From positions 95,356,001-95,420,000 of the forward strand of contig OZ024740.1 in assembly GCA_964016885.1 (NCBI GenBank): DNA of 64,000 nt, in the 5' to 3' direction. Made by a program: the position numbers and the translations under genes. This stretch comes from Eledone cirrhosa. Lineage: Eukaryota. The notes under the pieces are model-generated. The model was not told the origin of the DNA and made no database searches. It was given only the letters and a program-made list of their open reading frames with translations. Positions within the stretch are counted from its first letter, which is position 1. Every line of letters starts with the position of its first letter. Below, piece after piece: positions 43,562 to 58,489 of this stretch.

Positions 43562-43694
43562 CATGGAACTCTTTTAACCATCTTTTGATCTTATATTATA
43601 TGTATATATATATATATATATATGTATATATAAGATGGAAAAATTTGAACCGGAACAAAACAGAGAAGCAGTACAACGTATATATGTGTATGTA

Positions 43695-43760
<66 letters not shown>

Positions 43761-44236
43761 TAAATCTACCAATCAATGGTAGGATCTAAATCGTATGAAG
43801 AACTCAATGTAATCCGTATGTAGATATCGTGAAGCAAAGTTTAATATACAAAATGTTTAACGATATAATTCATTGGATATAGAGTCAAAAATAGAAATAT
43901 TAAAATAATGAAATTAAACAAAAAAAAACGGTTAATTATTTATGAAGATGGCGGGTAGTGAAGACGTATGTATATTTTCATCCTATGATATTTTGTAATA
44001 TATTTTACATAGATCGATAATAGAACGGACATACGGGGAACTACCCCCCAGAAACGATCGTAAAATAATGAGTGTTAATATGAATTAACCGTTTTATGTT
44101 TAATTTCATTGTTTTAATATTTCTATATATATATGTATATCAATTTATATATATATACATATATAGATATATATATAGAGAGAGAGTGAGAGAGATACAT
44201 CTGCATCTATTTAACTTTATTATATACTATATTTTC

Positions 44237-44425
44237 GGCGGTGGATTGGCAGTATCGATAGAGTGTCGGACGCCATTCTTTCCAGCATAGCTACGTCTCT
44301 TGACGATCTGAGTTCAAATCCCGCCGAGGTTTACTTTGCCTTTCATCCTTACCGGGTGGATAAAATAAAGTACCAGTAATGCACTGGATAATTGCTCGTC
44401 ATGTGCCAACATTAGAAACAATTAT
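44237..44425 (+). mobile_element. tRNA-derived SINE
   Basis: TGGCAGTATCG, GAGTTCAAATCC, CTTTGCCTTTCATCC and GTACCAGT, with tail TAGAAACAATTAT. Matches 8318-8497. Confidence 0.87.
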
Positions 44426-45802
44426 ATATTATCTTTCGAATAATCTTCGGACGTCGATTATTTCATCGAATCAATCAATGAAAATTAATATTTCATCATA
44501 AAGTATGCGATATTTCAAAAAGGATGGAGTATAATGTATACCCCTCTCATTTTATATTGTTCTAGCTTTACTATTTATGCCCTCTTTTTTTTGGGGGGGG
44601 GGGGGGGATAAAGTAACATTTTTAAAATGTTTTGCTTCGTGCGAAAAAGCAACTACAAGTAATAAACTTAAAAAATTATATTCCAAACACAACATGGAAA
44701 TTGAATTTTAATCAAATTCATAGAAATCATTCCAATAGTGAAAATGCATATATTCATCTCAATTGGCTATGACGTTAATCCACATTGAAATTGATAAAGT
44801 TCAAGATGGAGCATTAATAAACTTGGTTTATTGATTTGTATTAATATCTCATCTCAGGAATGAAAAAATATTGAGCCGTAAATATTATTTTTGTTATTCG
44901 TTCTAATTGTTTTCATGTCATCTACTCATATTTTGCAACTAAATGTGTATGCAGACAACTTATTTAACTTGATATGATGATTACACTCGGAAAAAAGCAA
45001 TTATAAAATTTAACCTGTACTTAATATTGACAAGCCTTTAAGTTCAACTAGTTCAGTTACCAGTTTGGAATAATATATCACATTTTCGCTACATAATTGG
45101 AGAAGAAGATGATATAATGTTTGTTTTTATAACATCTCTAAAATGTGCCTTTCCCTATTTAAAAGATGGCATTATAATTTCCAACATCAGAAACATAAAA
45201 GCATAAGAACAACAATTAGAAGCTAATTTAGTTATACCAGGCGGAGGGAAACATGAAATAAATTAAAATAACTAAATGAGACAAAAATGTCAATATCTTG
45301 TGGCAACAACTATATAGGTGTGGTTGATGAGCAAGATTGCTTCAAAATTCTCAGACCTATGATTTGAAGAAAATAGCTCCTGGTTATCTTTCTCTACTAT
45401 AACAAATATACACAAATACATACGTGCGCATATATTATTCCACACACATTTACAGGCTTTTACACGAAAAGGAGATGATTTTCGCACATACATGTTCTAG
45501 ACCTGCATATATGCAGACTAACTCGTTTCATGCATTCCCTCGCAATTCTGCTTGCTTACAGTTATCAATTGATTCAATGACGACAATATTCACTTTAAAT
45601 TTTGAATCATTTTATGTTTGCACGTTATATGCCTTCACATAGTGTTTTAGCCACAGACGGGATCTAATATTAATTTGGAAAAACACCTCACGTTAATCGA
45701 GGTTTTATTATTCGGCTTCTTCGGGACATTTTGTCTGACATACGACAGGAGCGTATTGCCACATGTAAATCATTCTTCAAACTAACACAACATTTATATA
45801 TG

Positions 45803-45836
<34 letters not shown>

Positions 45837-47867
45837 TGCTCGCATGTGTATGTGTATATTGTAATATGTTTATATATCCACACCAAAACACCTGAAGCTT
45901 ATTTAGTTCGGGCTCGACTTAATTCAAATCTAGACAGAGGAAAATGTGTAGAGACTCGAAGGATTGATACTATCTGTAATTCAAAATCCCATATTCGTCC
46001 CGCAATTTATATTAATGATACGTTTGCATATGCAATATACAATCAGGTTTAGTTTAAATAAACTTGTAGATAATTTAGTTGCTGAAACAATGAACACACA
46101 TAAAAGAACCCAACTAATATCCATCATCATTATATTTATGTATATTTTCGCCAACGTGATCATGTTGTATATAATTATGAGGAATATTTCATCTGAATGT
46201 GCCCATACGATAGGACAGGTTATATATTAATTTGTGTGCAACCCGAAATGAGATCGGAAATGTGAACAGTCAGTAGCGATGCCTTCAACAATGAAAGGAC
46301 CGATTGTACTACTCCCCAAATGGCTCTTCAGCAGACTTTTAAACGGCATCTTCGTTCTCTAATAAGATATGTTGATACCCCCGATGCATCCTGTAATAGG
46401 AAACCAAAAATAGTCAGATATGTGCACAGCGCTTCCTAACGATCCCATTCAACCCTTATATGCTTAGGCAATGTCGCAACTTAACCTTACCAAGCTAATT
46501 AAATATATATTTGACGGATCGAGTTGAAGATGTTGTTTATGAAATCTTTTTAGTATCCAATCGTCATATAAATGTGTACCTATGTTGTATTCTGATAAAC
46601 AGACTGTGTTATAAATGTTAAAACATTTTAAAATTATATGAATAACATTCGGTTATTGATTGAAACTCTAGCAATGTACTTTCAATAATCATATTGATCG
46701 ATATATTTATATATATAAACATTTATCATGATATCTAAAATTAATAAATAGGTAGTACGTTCAGACCATTCATATTAATAAACAATTCCATGATATTTAT
46801 CTCTGTTTCTGTAAAGTGTCGAGTATATATTGTATTACATATTAATATGATGTATCATAAACATTTAGATTTGTTATTTTATATTCGGTTATATTCAATA
46901 CTTTATCGTAACACATTATTTTGATTTGGATATCTCGTATTGTTAAATACATAAAGTGATCTATATTATCTATATATTACTTCAATATTTATTCATAGGC
47001 AGTCATGTAACGAAAGAGCGGTTTTAGTAGATATTTCTTTTTGATTTATAAAACGATATATTTTAGGGTTACTTTTTAAACTCTGATTTAAATCAACCCA
47101 TTGATATTATATTTGAAAATTATCTGAGGTATGATTCTGAAATACATAAACATATTTTATCGAAGTAAATTCTATTCATCCTATTATTTTCAATAGAAAT
47201 GTTAACGAATGGTTTGCCAAATTATTATTCACGTGTGTGCCTGGCGTGTATTATTGTGGGATGTATAGGATTTGATTGCTACATCATTGTCAGCAGGAGA
47301 TAGAATCGATGCACCTAACTATCTAACAAACAGACTATCTAACTAACTAAACAAACAAATTATTATGACACTCACTAACACTGCAATGTATATAGTATGC
47401 ACTCCTATCATTCTCGGTAGTTGCGCGTAATAAAAAAAAGTTATATATCTCTTAAATATCATGTTTCTTAGAATATCATGGAAGTAACATGAAGTTCTGA
47501 GACATCAGGTATGTTTATTTTGCAAAATAATATATTAAGCAGAAAAGATGACGCCATTGTCAAACTTGAATTAATAAATGACGCTGACATAAATGGAAAA
47601 TAAGTTACATTTAATAAGTAGTAGCGATAAGAAAAAATTGAGGGGGTGTTGGTAGCTGAATTGTTTCTCTTTTCTATATTTTATTTCATTCCTTTTCTAG
47701 TTTAGAAAGTGGTGGAGGTGATATTCTTTAATCACAACATGCGTCAATCAACGTAGAGGGAAAGGAGAAATGTAAGGAATGGAGTTCTGGGGATATGTCA
47801 GATGTTTGCCGTCTTTCTGAGGATCTGACTCCCTAGAGAATGACAGGAGGAGATCCAAATTTTCGAC

Positions 47868-48215
47868 CATTAGTACCAGATCCGAAAGGGATCTAAGATC
47901 GTGGTCACAGAAACTTGTTGGGGGATTAGCCTGTTTCCAGCCGGCGCTGTCGAAATTGACGTTGTAGATGAGTTCAGCAAAGCCTCGGATGATGGCTTCC
48001 AGTTCCCTGTGATTATCTCCGTGGTGGTAAAAATGTGCACCGCGCAGTGTGAGCAAGAAGTTGGGGAGGGCGAGGCAGTTACTCAAGAGAAAGAGTGCCG
48101 GGTGAACATCAGTGAGTCGCAGTCTCTCTGTCATTCGGGACAGGTCTGCGTGCTTGGTTCCCAGGAACTGTATTATGGCTTTCGTGAGAATAGGTAGTCC
48201 GAGAATGCTGGCACT
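47868..48215 (-). mobile_element. CRE-like non-LTR retrotransposon fragment (post-RT region)
   Basis: ILGLPI..MTERL..DVHPALFLLSNCLALPNFLLTLR..NV..WKQA.P...LRS resembles the CRE-clade consensus as recalled. No search was run. Confidence 0.6.
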
Positions 48216-48539
48216 AGATGATTTACTCGATCAGAGACGCAAAATTTATATTGTCAGTGCTATGAAACGTGCCGTCGAAAACGAGTGAACGAAAGCTGTA
48301 ATGTGGTGCCGAATGGCGGAGGCGCAGCAAGGCAGCAACCGCAACATTGTTTTTAACGGACAGAAACGTGTGCGAACTGTTCGATTGTCAACAGTTGTGT
48401 GCCGCTATTCCGCGCAATATGCACTTCAGATGTTCCTATGTCTTTTCACGAGATGTATATATATGGTATCCTTCCTCATATATTCCTTTGAATAAGACAA
48501 TAACTTAGTGTGGATGTTCTTGAATATGGATGATAACAA

Positions 48540-48800
48540 ACGATTGAGCATAGGAAACCTCGATGACACTCCATCCCTGCCTCTTCTCAAGTTCCAATTA
48601 AAGACAGCAGAGGTAAGTGGCATCTACAACAACAACGTCTATAGAAACCTAACTACAGAGGCCTGGTTGTTTGTTACAAATCAGACACTCCTCCCAGAGC
48701 TGAAACATTAACGCACAAAAATAATTCTATATCATCCGAATTAAATACAGCTAAACGGATGACCGCTCCATGCAACCTACACAATTCTTAAATATAATAG
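48540..48800 (+). mobile_element. Possible old PLE RT thumb fragment
   Basis: SLPLLK..NVYRNLT..CYKSDTP resembles LPFLD..VYRKPT..NYxSxxP. Short and decayed. Confidence 0.35.
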
Positions 48801-49389
48801 AGTTCAACAGATATCCAGCATCCAACTTCAGTTGTCTTCACGTTCCTAAGCCCACGAAAGAATAAACATCTTCCAACAAACTTTTCCTTAAGTTGCCACA
48901 TTTCATAGAGCGGTTAACCGTGGCTATTCACAGGACCATGCACTGTGCAGAATTGGATATACAGATAGCACAGACCAACATTTCACTGATCTGAAAAGGA
49001 CAATGAGCATTTCTACCTGGCGAACAGAGATGATCTAAGGGCATACGTGTTTAATCGTATACAATTCCCAAATTACGGTAAATGATATATCCGAAGTAAT
49101 ATAAATCCATTACAATTCGTCAACACACACAGTTTTCTATACGTAAGACATACTAAACGTTTGTACCGAGTTGATCTCTCTGCACGAATTGAAGGATTTG
49201 AGATATTATCTTTCTTCCGGTACACATTACCCACATACACGTACCCAGAGCATAAACGCACGCTACTACTAAACAACACACTACATTGCAAACACTTCCA
49301 TACACAAGCACACTTAAACTCAAAACACAAATTCACACACAACCTCACTCATTCGTATTTGTGATACGCAAACATTCACACAAGCAAAT

Positions 49390-49422
<33 letters not shown>

Positions 49423-52400
49423 CATATCCATATTTCACCCAGTCACATACATTTCGAATAGCATACAATTTACCCCAATAAATATATCTGCGTTATTATA
49501 AAATGTAATTCACCTTCTTATACATACCGGTCGCAACGCTATATACGGAGTCTCCAATACGACATACAGACCTACGTACACGTCCACATTAACCGTAAGG
49601 ATATATGTTTTTATTTTGCTTTTTTTACAACATCCAAACGTCCCCCCTTCGCTTAACACTTCTCTATCTGATAAAAGCATAACTTTCGATGTGTTGAGAC
49701 ATTTCTTTGTCTTTTCCCTCAATTTTGAATTTAATATTCTGTGGAAAGGTATATACGTGTTTCACGTGTTTAATCTTGAACTGCGAGTAAAGCTATTAGT
49801 ATATGAATAACATTTTACGATTTTACAGACAGGGCTAGTCTGCCAAATGTATTCTATTGCCAGCTTTACTTCATGTTAATGGATTTAGCTTTCGTTATAT
49901 ATTGATTGAGTGATATAGTTTGACAACCAACGTTCGCTTGGAATCATCTTATGTTCCTGCCTCAACCACTCCGGATATCTGTTCAATGACAGCGCTGACA
50001 ATCGCATATATTGTAATGGATATCAAGTCTGTAACTAATGGGCACTTTTAAAATATGTTATAATTTAGCTTTATGTGTTTGTCGGTTAAATCCATGAAAG
50101 CGATGGACCATATAATCGCTCTGTACTTGATGCGACATATGACATCATAATCACAACTCGGAGAATCCATTTTGTGCATATTTACTGTTTATGTAAAGCC
50201 TGTTGCAGCGATATTTATATCATATAAGATTAATTTTACGTTTAGTGTTTCTTGCTATCCTGCGATCTAGAAGATCTTTCACACGAGGATCATATAGCTA
50301 CTTAAAATAATAAGCAATCAACAGTAAACCTGATACATGGAACAGATTTGCAACTATTCAAATATATATTTATCTGCACAATTGTGTTCTGCAATGCGGA
50401 CTGTACACCCATAGTTACACGTATATAAAAATACAATTTCATAAATTATCTCAGCCATACATTTTTGTCGTAATATGTTAGCTTTTTAAAGACATTATTC
50501 ACTAAGTCTACAGTGCTGTTCACTGTATATTAATGCTTCACACAGAGAACATTTTATCTCGATCATAGATGGTAATCATCGGAGACAAAAGTATTCCTCA
50601 CTTGAATATATGAATCATCATGAATAGTCTGTAGACACGTCTATATCAAGAGGACGTATATTAAATATATCAAATATATCAGAATTATCGGTAATAGTTG
50701 TTTGAATTATATTAGAATAAAAACGTGATACGTTAGCCGATGTCTGTAACATTCGAAAGAGGTGTCACATTTAATAAACCTTTTCCCGTACGAAAGTAGA
50801 CTGAATTCTTGAAGAGGTTTGGAACATGGTTATGATGTCTGGAAATTGACTAATCACACCTTGTAATTTCTACATACACATTGACAGGGAAATGTAGAAG
50901 CAGAATCGCAAGGTAATAAAACAGGAACATTGATCAGCACACCACAACACTTCATGAACACTTAGCGAATGTTAAGTGAAATTAAGTGAAGTAAAACAGG
51001 GAATAGAAGCCATTTGTCAGAATTGACCGTATAACTTTTTAAAGTATTATTCATATACTAAAGGCCCACTTCCAGAGTCAAAATTCATCTATTATAACTA
51101 TAAGTAATCAATACACTATATTGAAAAGCAATACATATATGATGTCTATCACATGAAATTGTAGCAAATCAATGTTTATTGAGGTTCAAATTGATAATGG
51201 ATACAACCATCGAAGAATATGCTAATGTAAAACACTTCCTGGTGGATTTCTTCCGGGAGTGTTAATCTTAGTCAGGTAATAATACAATATGTCAAACATC
51301 ACATTCCTGTTGACTATTTACAATTTTCAAAACTAATATCGTCTAATTTGAAACCTGTTCAATCTACTTATTTCTACTGCACAAAAATGAAAGTCCTGGG
51401 TGATTAGCTGGCCTTAAATAATGCCTGATAAAGTAAAAAGATAATCAGTTAAAATGAAATCATTTAAATGTAAGTGATTTTATATTGTTTTTTCTTGTTT
51501 TTGTGTAGGTAACAGCAGCCTTCAGATAATAATGGATATTGCCATATACCATTCGTTTAAACAAAATACTTCCAAGTTTAATGAAGTGAACATGATAACT
51601 AGAATGCTTACCAAAGCGTAAATAATGCAAAACTGAGTTTATCTTTGTCTTTTTAATTTAATTTCGCAAGAGACGGTACAAATGTTATTACATTTGAATG
51701 TTGATGCCACACATTTTACGCCCGTCTCCTGGTAACATTCATTCTGAAACTCTATGTTACGTAATAAACAAAAAATATGCGTTTGTATGATAACGCAAAA
51801 CGCTTGAATATAGGGTAATGTCTAGTTAACATACAGCATAATATATTTCTGAAATTTCAAAACAACTAACATTCAACTGAAACGACCACCGTTATGCTAC
51901 AACTATTATAACAAGACCGTCAAAGAATAGTTAATCTTCCATATACGACACTCCAGCATCTTCCATCAGTTCCATCACATTTTAATAAACAATATCAAAT
52001 ATTTACAACGAAATATATGAATATTTCCTATCGCCACAGTAAAGATATATTCCCATAAGTGGTTAAATATTAATTCTGTTTGTTAGATTTCACTTAACCT
52101 GGTAACAAAACATCACATCTATTATCATATATATTGAAAATCGAATGACACAAAGAAAATATGTTTAGAGTGATGAAGTCTGAAAACATAAACATCAAGA
52201 TTAGTAGAGACATGATTCTTCTGCAAAATCTGACAGAGGGACAGTGTTTAATATGTTAGATTTGTGCATACAGATGAACTTAATATTTTGAGAGTGACTC
52301 CCGATATAAGTATGCATATTTATATATGGAATTATTGGAATTATTTCTATATGTGCGTGAATATCTGTAAACATAGTTATGGTCTATATCAGTTTAACTC

Positions 52401-52903
52401 TCAACTTTCTCACAGACACCATCCTCTATTGCTCTTCTACACACTTATTTTTTTCGGAGTATAAATATATCTTTAAAGTACAAAACCGCCTTTGATGTTG
52501 TTAACTACATTGGTAGTTGCTGCATGTCATGTACTTCTGAGATATTGAGTGAAGCTGTATGTTGCAAAACATTTCGGTTTCAGAAATGTAACTATCACAG
52601 TTCATTGTCAGACGTGTTTAAATATTCCAGATTGTACGTTAGATTTAACGTAAGATATTTCAAGAAGACAATATATCATATCGTATATATATAAATGTGA
52701 ATAGCACACAGAAACCCAGTTTAGGATGATCAAGTCTAACTCTACACAAAGCGATATTAAAAGAAACCTATTTAAAGAACGACATGTAACGCCTATTTTT
52801 TTTTGTGTCACCTTTTGTATATCCTTTTCACAGTCGCATTAATTAATCTAATTTATAATTATTTTCGTTCTAAATATCTCTCACTATCTCTCCCTTTCTC
52901 TCT

Positions 52904-52955
<52 letters not shown>

Positions 52956-52957
52956 GA

Positions 52958-53006
52958 TATTCTACAGGACTAGAACTGTTTCATTCATTAGAAATCATCA
53001 GGAATA
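52958..53006 (-). ncRNA. Isolated intact type I hammerhead ribozyme between two (TA)n tracts
   Basis: Minus strand: tattc-CTGATGA-tttctaatgaat-GAA-ACAG-ttctagtc-CTGT-A-gaata. Confidence 0.82.
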
Positions 53007-53008
53007 AC

Positions 53009-53083
<75 letters not shown>

Positions 53084-53624
53084 AGAAACGGGTCACTTCT
53101 TCAGTTGTCTGCTGAAGCTCGTAGACGCTTCAACAAATTAAAGTCAATACGTCTAACCCCACTGTGTCAATAACTGCATGTTATTGGCGAGAGAAAAAAG
53201 GTGATAAATAAATTAAACAGAAGTGACAAAACGGGAGGGGAACAACGCAAAAAACATACCGATAAAGAGGGTGGAACACGAGGAGCAGCATATGTATGTA
53301 AAGTAACCTGGAAAGAGAGAAGGGGGAGAAGTTAAACTGGCGGCTGTACATAAGTCCGGGGTCTTATTATCTGCGAAGAAAAACAGGTCTAACTTCGGCG
53401 GGAGCAGGGAAAAGAGTGAGAGACGACAGAAAATTGGAAATATTAAGGGAAAGGGAGCATAAGCGGGTGTGAGAGAAAGGGGGCGAGAGAGAGTGGGGGA
53501 AAAGAGTTAAATTAACAACAAAGGTGAGAATAGAGAGAATAGCACAAGTCAGCCAAAAATGAATGAACAAAAATTAAGTAATTCAAGGTGTTGTGTGGTT
53601 ATTAACAAATTGTATGTAGTCTCT

Positions 53625-56225
53625 CGTTTTTTATTGGGTGCGGTGGGGTTCGGTTTCTTTGTGGCACGGGGGACGTCCGTTATTTTATTGGGCGTGGCGG
53701 GGGGGGGGGGGGTATTATTTCATTAGGCTCGGCGTGAGGTCTGATTTATATTCCGTGCGGCGGTGGTGTATACTTATAGATTGGGTGCGGTGGGAGGTCC
53801 GTTTTAGTTATCATGAGCGGCGGGGTGTCCGTTTTCATAGGGAGCGGCGTGGATCTATTTTATTTAATAGGTGCGGTGGGGGAGCCAATACTTTTTATTA
53901 GGCGCGACTTGGGGTCATTTTTTTCTTATTGGCGTGGCGGTGGGATCCGTTTTCTTTACTGGCACTGCATATTGTCTATTTATTTATTATATATTGGGCA
54001 CGGCCTGGTTACGTCTATTTTCTTGGGAGCGGGGAGGTATCCCTTTTTTTATTCGGCATGGTGTGGTGTTCCGTTATTTTATTGGGCGTGGAATGGGTTC
54101 AATTTGTTTTATTTGGCACCACGGGGCGACCCATTATCTCATTGTGAGAGGCGGGATCCGTTTTTTATTGGGCCCTGCGGTGGTCGTTTCGTTTAGAGGA
54201 TGCTGCGGGGTGTCCTTGATTGTATTGGATGCGTCGGGAAGTCCATTTTTAATAGGCGCAACGAGAGTTCCGTTTTTTATTGGGCCTTGCGGGTTTACGG
54301 TTTTTTTATTGGGCGCAGTGAAGTAACGGTTTTTTTCAATTGGCGCGGTGTGTGTTTTATTTTTTTATTAGATGTTGCGGTGGCTCCGTTTTTCTATTGG
54401 GTGTAGCGGGGGATCTGTTTAGTTATATGGCGATGCGGTTGTTGTTTTTATTATTGGGTGTGCTATGTGAGGGGGAGGGGGGGCATTATTTTATCGGGCG
54501 CGTCAGGAAGTCCGCTTTCTTTGGTCGCGGCGGGTATCCATTTTCTTTTAAGCGTGACATGCGGTCCATTTTTTATTTGGTGCGGTGGGTTGTCCGTTAA
54601 TTTCTTGGGCACGGCGTGTGTGCCTTTTTATTTAGTGCGGCGCGCGGTCCGGCTTGTTACAGGGCGCATCAGAAGGACCGTCTTTTTATCGGATGCGACA
54701 GGTGGTCCGTTTATTCTCTTTGGCGCGACGCGGTGTCTGTTCATTTATTGGACGCACAGCGGAGTTCCATTCGTTTTTTTACCAACTCATATTTCAATAC
54801 AAAAGTTTATAGTCAAGTATATCTAAATTCCATCTATTTTATATGAATGGCCATATTCTGGTGATTCTCTCACCAGGTCATTCAATGTATGTCGAAAGAT
54901 TAATATTCTCAAAAGCCCAAATCATACGATTTTTCAATAATAAAATAGGTTAGAATCAATGAAACGTCCCTAGACTTATTTCAAAATCTATAAATTTAAA
55001 CTGCTCCTAGCATCTAGTTGTGACATGATGCTTATACATCTCCAAATAGAGGTGCAACGAATATACCTCATTGTGTCATAGGTAACGATGTTAATAAATA
55101 ACAAACAGAAAAAATCCTAGTTTCTTACACCATTCACTAAATGTAATCTCTGTTTAGATGTATGGACCATGTCAATAATTTATGTACATGAATTGTCTTT
55201 CGTATACGAAGAAAATTTCCTGACTATGGTTTCCATATCCACCCCTATTTCGAGGACTAACTGTTAAGTTACTTGTCTGTTTTTGTTATTGGGCGCGGCG
55301 GCTGTTCGTTTTTTTCTTCGGTGCGATAATGTGTCCGATTTTTTAACTAGCGTGGCGGGTGTCCGTTCTGTTGTATTCGTCTCGATGGAGGTCGGTTTAT
55401 TAATTGGCGCGGAAGGGGGAGGTCCGTTCTTTTTATTGGCCGCGGTGAGGGGTCTTTGTTTTTATTAGGGGCGGTAGAGGTGCCGAATGTTTCATTGGTT
55501 GCGACGGGGAGTAGGTTTATTTTTTATTTTGCGTGGCGGAGGGTCGGTTTTGTTATCGGGCGTTGGGTGGGGGTCGTGTTTTATTGGGTGCAGCAGGGGT
55601 CCATTTATTTTTATTGAGTGCGGTAGAGGTCCGTTTTTTTCTTGGCCACCAAGTGGGGTCCGTTTCCTTATTGAGCGTGGCAGGGGCTCCTTTGTTCTTA
55701 TTGCGTGCAGGAAGGGGTTCCTTTTGTTTGTTTATCAACTCATATTACAAAACATATAGATATACTCATGCGTATCTAAATTCAATCGATGTAAATGGCT
55801 AAAGGACATTTTCCTAGACATTCTCTCTTCAATTCATTCAATGTATGTCGAAAGCTAAATATCCTCAAAAGCACAAATCATACAAAAAAAAGCTAGAATC
55901 AATGAAACAGCTCTAGTGTTTTTCTTTTAAATGTATAACTCTAAATAGCCCCCAGCATCTAATTGTGACATGATGCTTATCCATCTCCAAATATGAGAAG
56001 TGCAATGGATATCCCGTAGTATGTCATACGTAACACTGTTAATAAATACCAAATAGCATCATTCCTAGGTTCTTACCTATCAATACACCATTCACTAAAT
56101 ACAATCTGTGTTTACATTTATGGACAATGTCAATAAACTATGTACATAAATTGTCTTGCGTTTACGAATATCATTTCCTGATTGTGGTTTCCTTTTCCAT
56201 ACATATGTGGAGTACTAAGTTACTT
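53625..56225. repeat. Degenerate ~30-bp GC-rich minisatellite blocks, each followed by a duplicated ~490-bp segment
   Basis: Approximate consensus TTTTATTGGGCGCGGCGGGGGTCCG at 53625-54780 and 55282-55735. 54783-55273 resembles 55736-56225. Confidence 0.85.
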
Positions 56226-57780
56226 CTACACTAAGTTACTTCTACGATAGCATCGGACAAAAACTTGAGTATGAAATCCCGTAGCCGGAAGTTGTTTGGA
56301 GCACAGATAAAGGTAATATTAATATTCGTGCGTACTTTATAAATTCTGCTTTTACAATATCATCCTCCCTATTTAGATCTTTGGGGTGTAACGATTGATA
56401 TCATACTGGATGTATTCCAACCATGTTTCCAATCTCAGAAATCCGCACCTACTGTTTTCATACTAGTTTTCTGTGACCTAGATTGTATTGAAAAATACGT
56501 TTAAGTGACCGAAATAATATTTAGACTATCCTATTTTGAAATAATCAATTATGTTTTATTTCTTTGTAGCTATATTGGGAATTGTATTTAAATATCTCCC
56601 TTTAAATACACACTTCCCTGATATCATTCTATATGAATATATTCACCAACACGTCATTATCAAATGTGTAACAAATTAAAGTAAATAAATCATATTATCA
56701 TCAGTGCAGCCCGCTCTCAAACTAGTCCGTGAACAACAACCATTGATATTGTTTCGCAGAAAGTTAAATAGTTCCGGCGAAGATATCTTTTCATGGTGAT
56801 CAAATTTGAACCACCGTCTGAGGATATACACGTTTTTACAGAAAGAAGGATATTATATAAGAATTATATTTAGATACTTTCCCATATTTCCATTTTAACC
56901 TTGGTTTTATCTTCTTCAGCGAGATGATGGAGTCATTTTTTTAAAAATTATTTGATATTCAAACACATCTTCCAAGTGCATTGATTTCTTGGTTACTAAG
57001 ACGGCGTAGTGTAAACATGAAGCATTATTTATAGCTTGGCATTACAATTTTATTGGACAGTTAATGTAGAATTACCAACTGAGAACAACATCATAACTTT
57101 CTGAAATAATACAACACTTAAAAATAATTCATCTCTAACAATAATTCCAGCACCATGACAATAGGCGTCATTATAGTTATTCAGAGGATATGAAGAACTG
57201 CAAATATTAAGTCAGCATATTTCAAATAGCTTTTCATTGTTACGGAAATACCCTTACATTATAAAGAACACCTGCAACATTTCTGCAAGCATAGCATTTT
57301 AGACTGTAATAACATGATATGTTGGTGGTAGTAATCACAATGTTCAGGACAACTGTTACAGATAATTCCACTGAGGTGATACTTAATTTATATAGAACAA
57401 AATATACCGTTTGTCTACTTTAATATAAACACACGTTCTTCACAAATTCTGCGTCATTATCACATAACATCTCTACTATTATTGGGAAAAGTTCAAAATG
57501 ATAAGATCTTGTAATAAATCACTTGTGAGGTAAGACCTTTGATTCATTGCTATACTCTAATACTGAATATATCCATAGAAACTCCGTCATAATGAATATA
57601 TATATATATATATATTAGAATTGGCGCTCTGATATAGCGATATATATATATGAATGTATATATAGTGTATTTTGCAATACACTGTATGCTTAATTAAAAG
57701 CATTTCGAAGACCTTATGCTATTGTTTTAGAGTAGTGACAGTCTCACTTACTTTAAATGTTCAGCAAACAGGGGAGATAA

Positions 57781-57825
57781 AGCTGACAGAGCTATGTTTC
57801 GTACTGATTGGTACTTATCAAAGAC
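57781..57825 (-). ncRNA. Degenerate type I hammerhead ribozyme
   Basis: Minus strand: ct-TTGATAA-gtac-caatca-gtac-GAAAC-atagctct-GTC-ag. Stems II and III are good. Two core substitutions. Confidence 0.55.
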
Positions 57826-58489
57826 AAGTACTCCACCTGTTTGCTGAAAATCATGAATATTTGTTTCTTATAGAATTTCTAGTAATAATCAGGAACTGAT
57901 TATACAGAAATTGTTTGCTGAAAATTTAATAATAATAATAAAATAAAATAAATTTACAATATGTTAAAATACATTAAAATCTGTATATAACTTCACAAAG
58001 AGATAAATAAAAAAGGAGGGAGGTAAAGGAGAATATGCGTGTATTCATGTGATATACTACACACAGGTAGTATGAGCTGCAAACTTAGTTCCGTATATGG
58101 AACAAACCACAATAACAATAATTATAATTGCTCCAAAGTGGAACATGTGGAGAGTATATAATCACGATTGACGGGGTACACATTCATGGGTCACTTGGTC
58201 TGGTCACCCTTGGGGTAAGTCACTGTGGCTGCGGTGTGTTGTTCTATATGTTTCGGGTATTTGACTGAACGACCGTGGACTCCGTGACAGTCGGTCGCGG
58301 CATAGGCGATCTAGCTGCCCAATGTTGCGGGCGTGGTCTGGTGTGCACTATGGTTTATTTAGGTTTGCCACACGGGGCGTATAATGTCATCAGGATATAG
58401 TGACAGGCTCCTTAAACCCGTTGGGCGGCTCGGGTCTGTGCGTACTCCGTCTCATGCCCTTAGCCTGTGCTACCAGGAGGATTCCATGC

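Larger units (their letters stand above)
37994..43600 (+). mobile_element. Hydra-type PLE inserted as a 5.6-kb quasi-palindrome
   Basis: ~38065-40471 is the reverse complement of ~41142-43600, with an ~50-nt deletion in the left arm. The spacer continues the + strand RT. HHRs at both ends, (TA)n flanks. Confidence 0.92.

Noticed and set aside
51490-51620. Splice-acceptor-like polypyrimidine tract plus AG as a host exon
   Set aside because: No supporting ORF, donor site or neighbouring exons.
53638-55802. Gly/Arg/Phe-rich ORFs
   Set aside because: Products of the GC-rich minisatellite, open in several frames.
56230-57590. Possible decayed membrane-protein pseudogene on the minus strand
   Set aside because: Only faint hydrophobic stretches with many stops. 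It needs a translated search.
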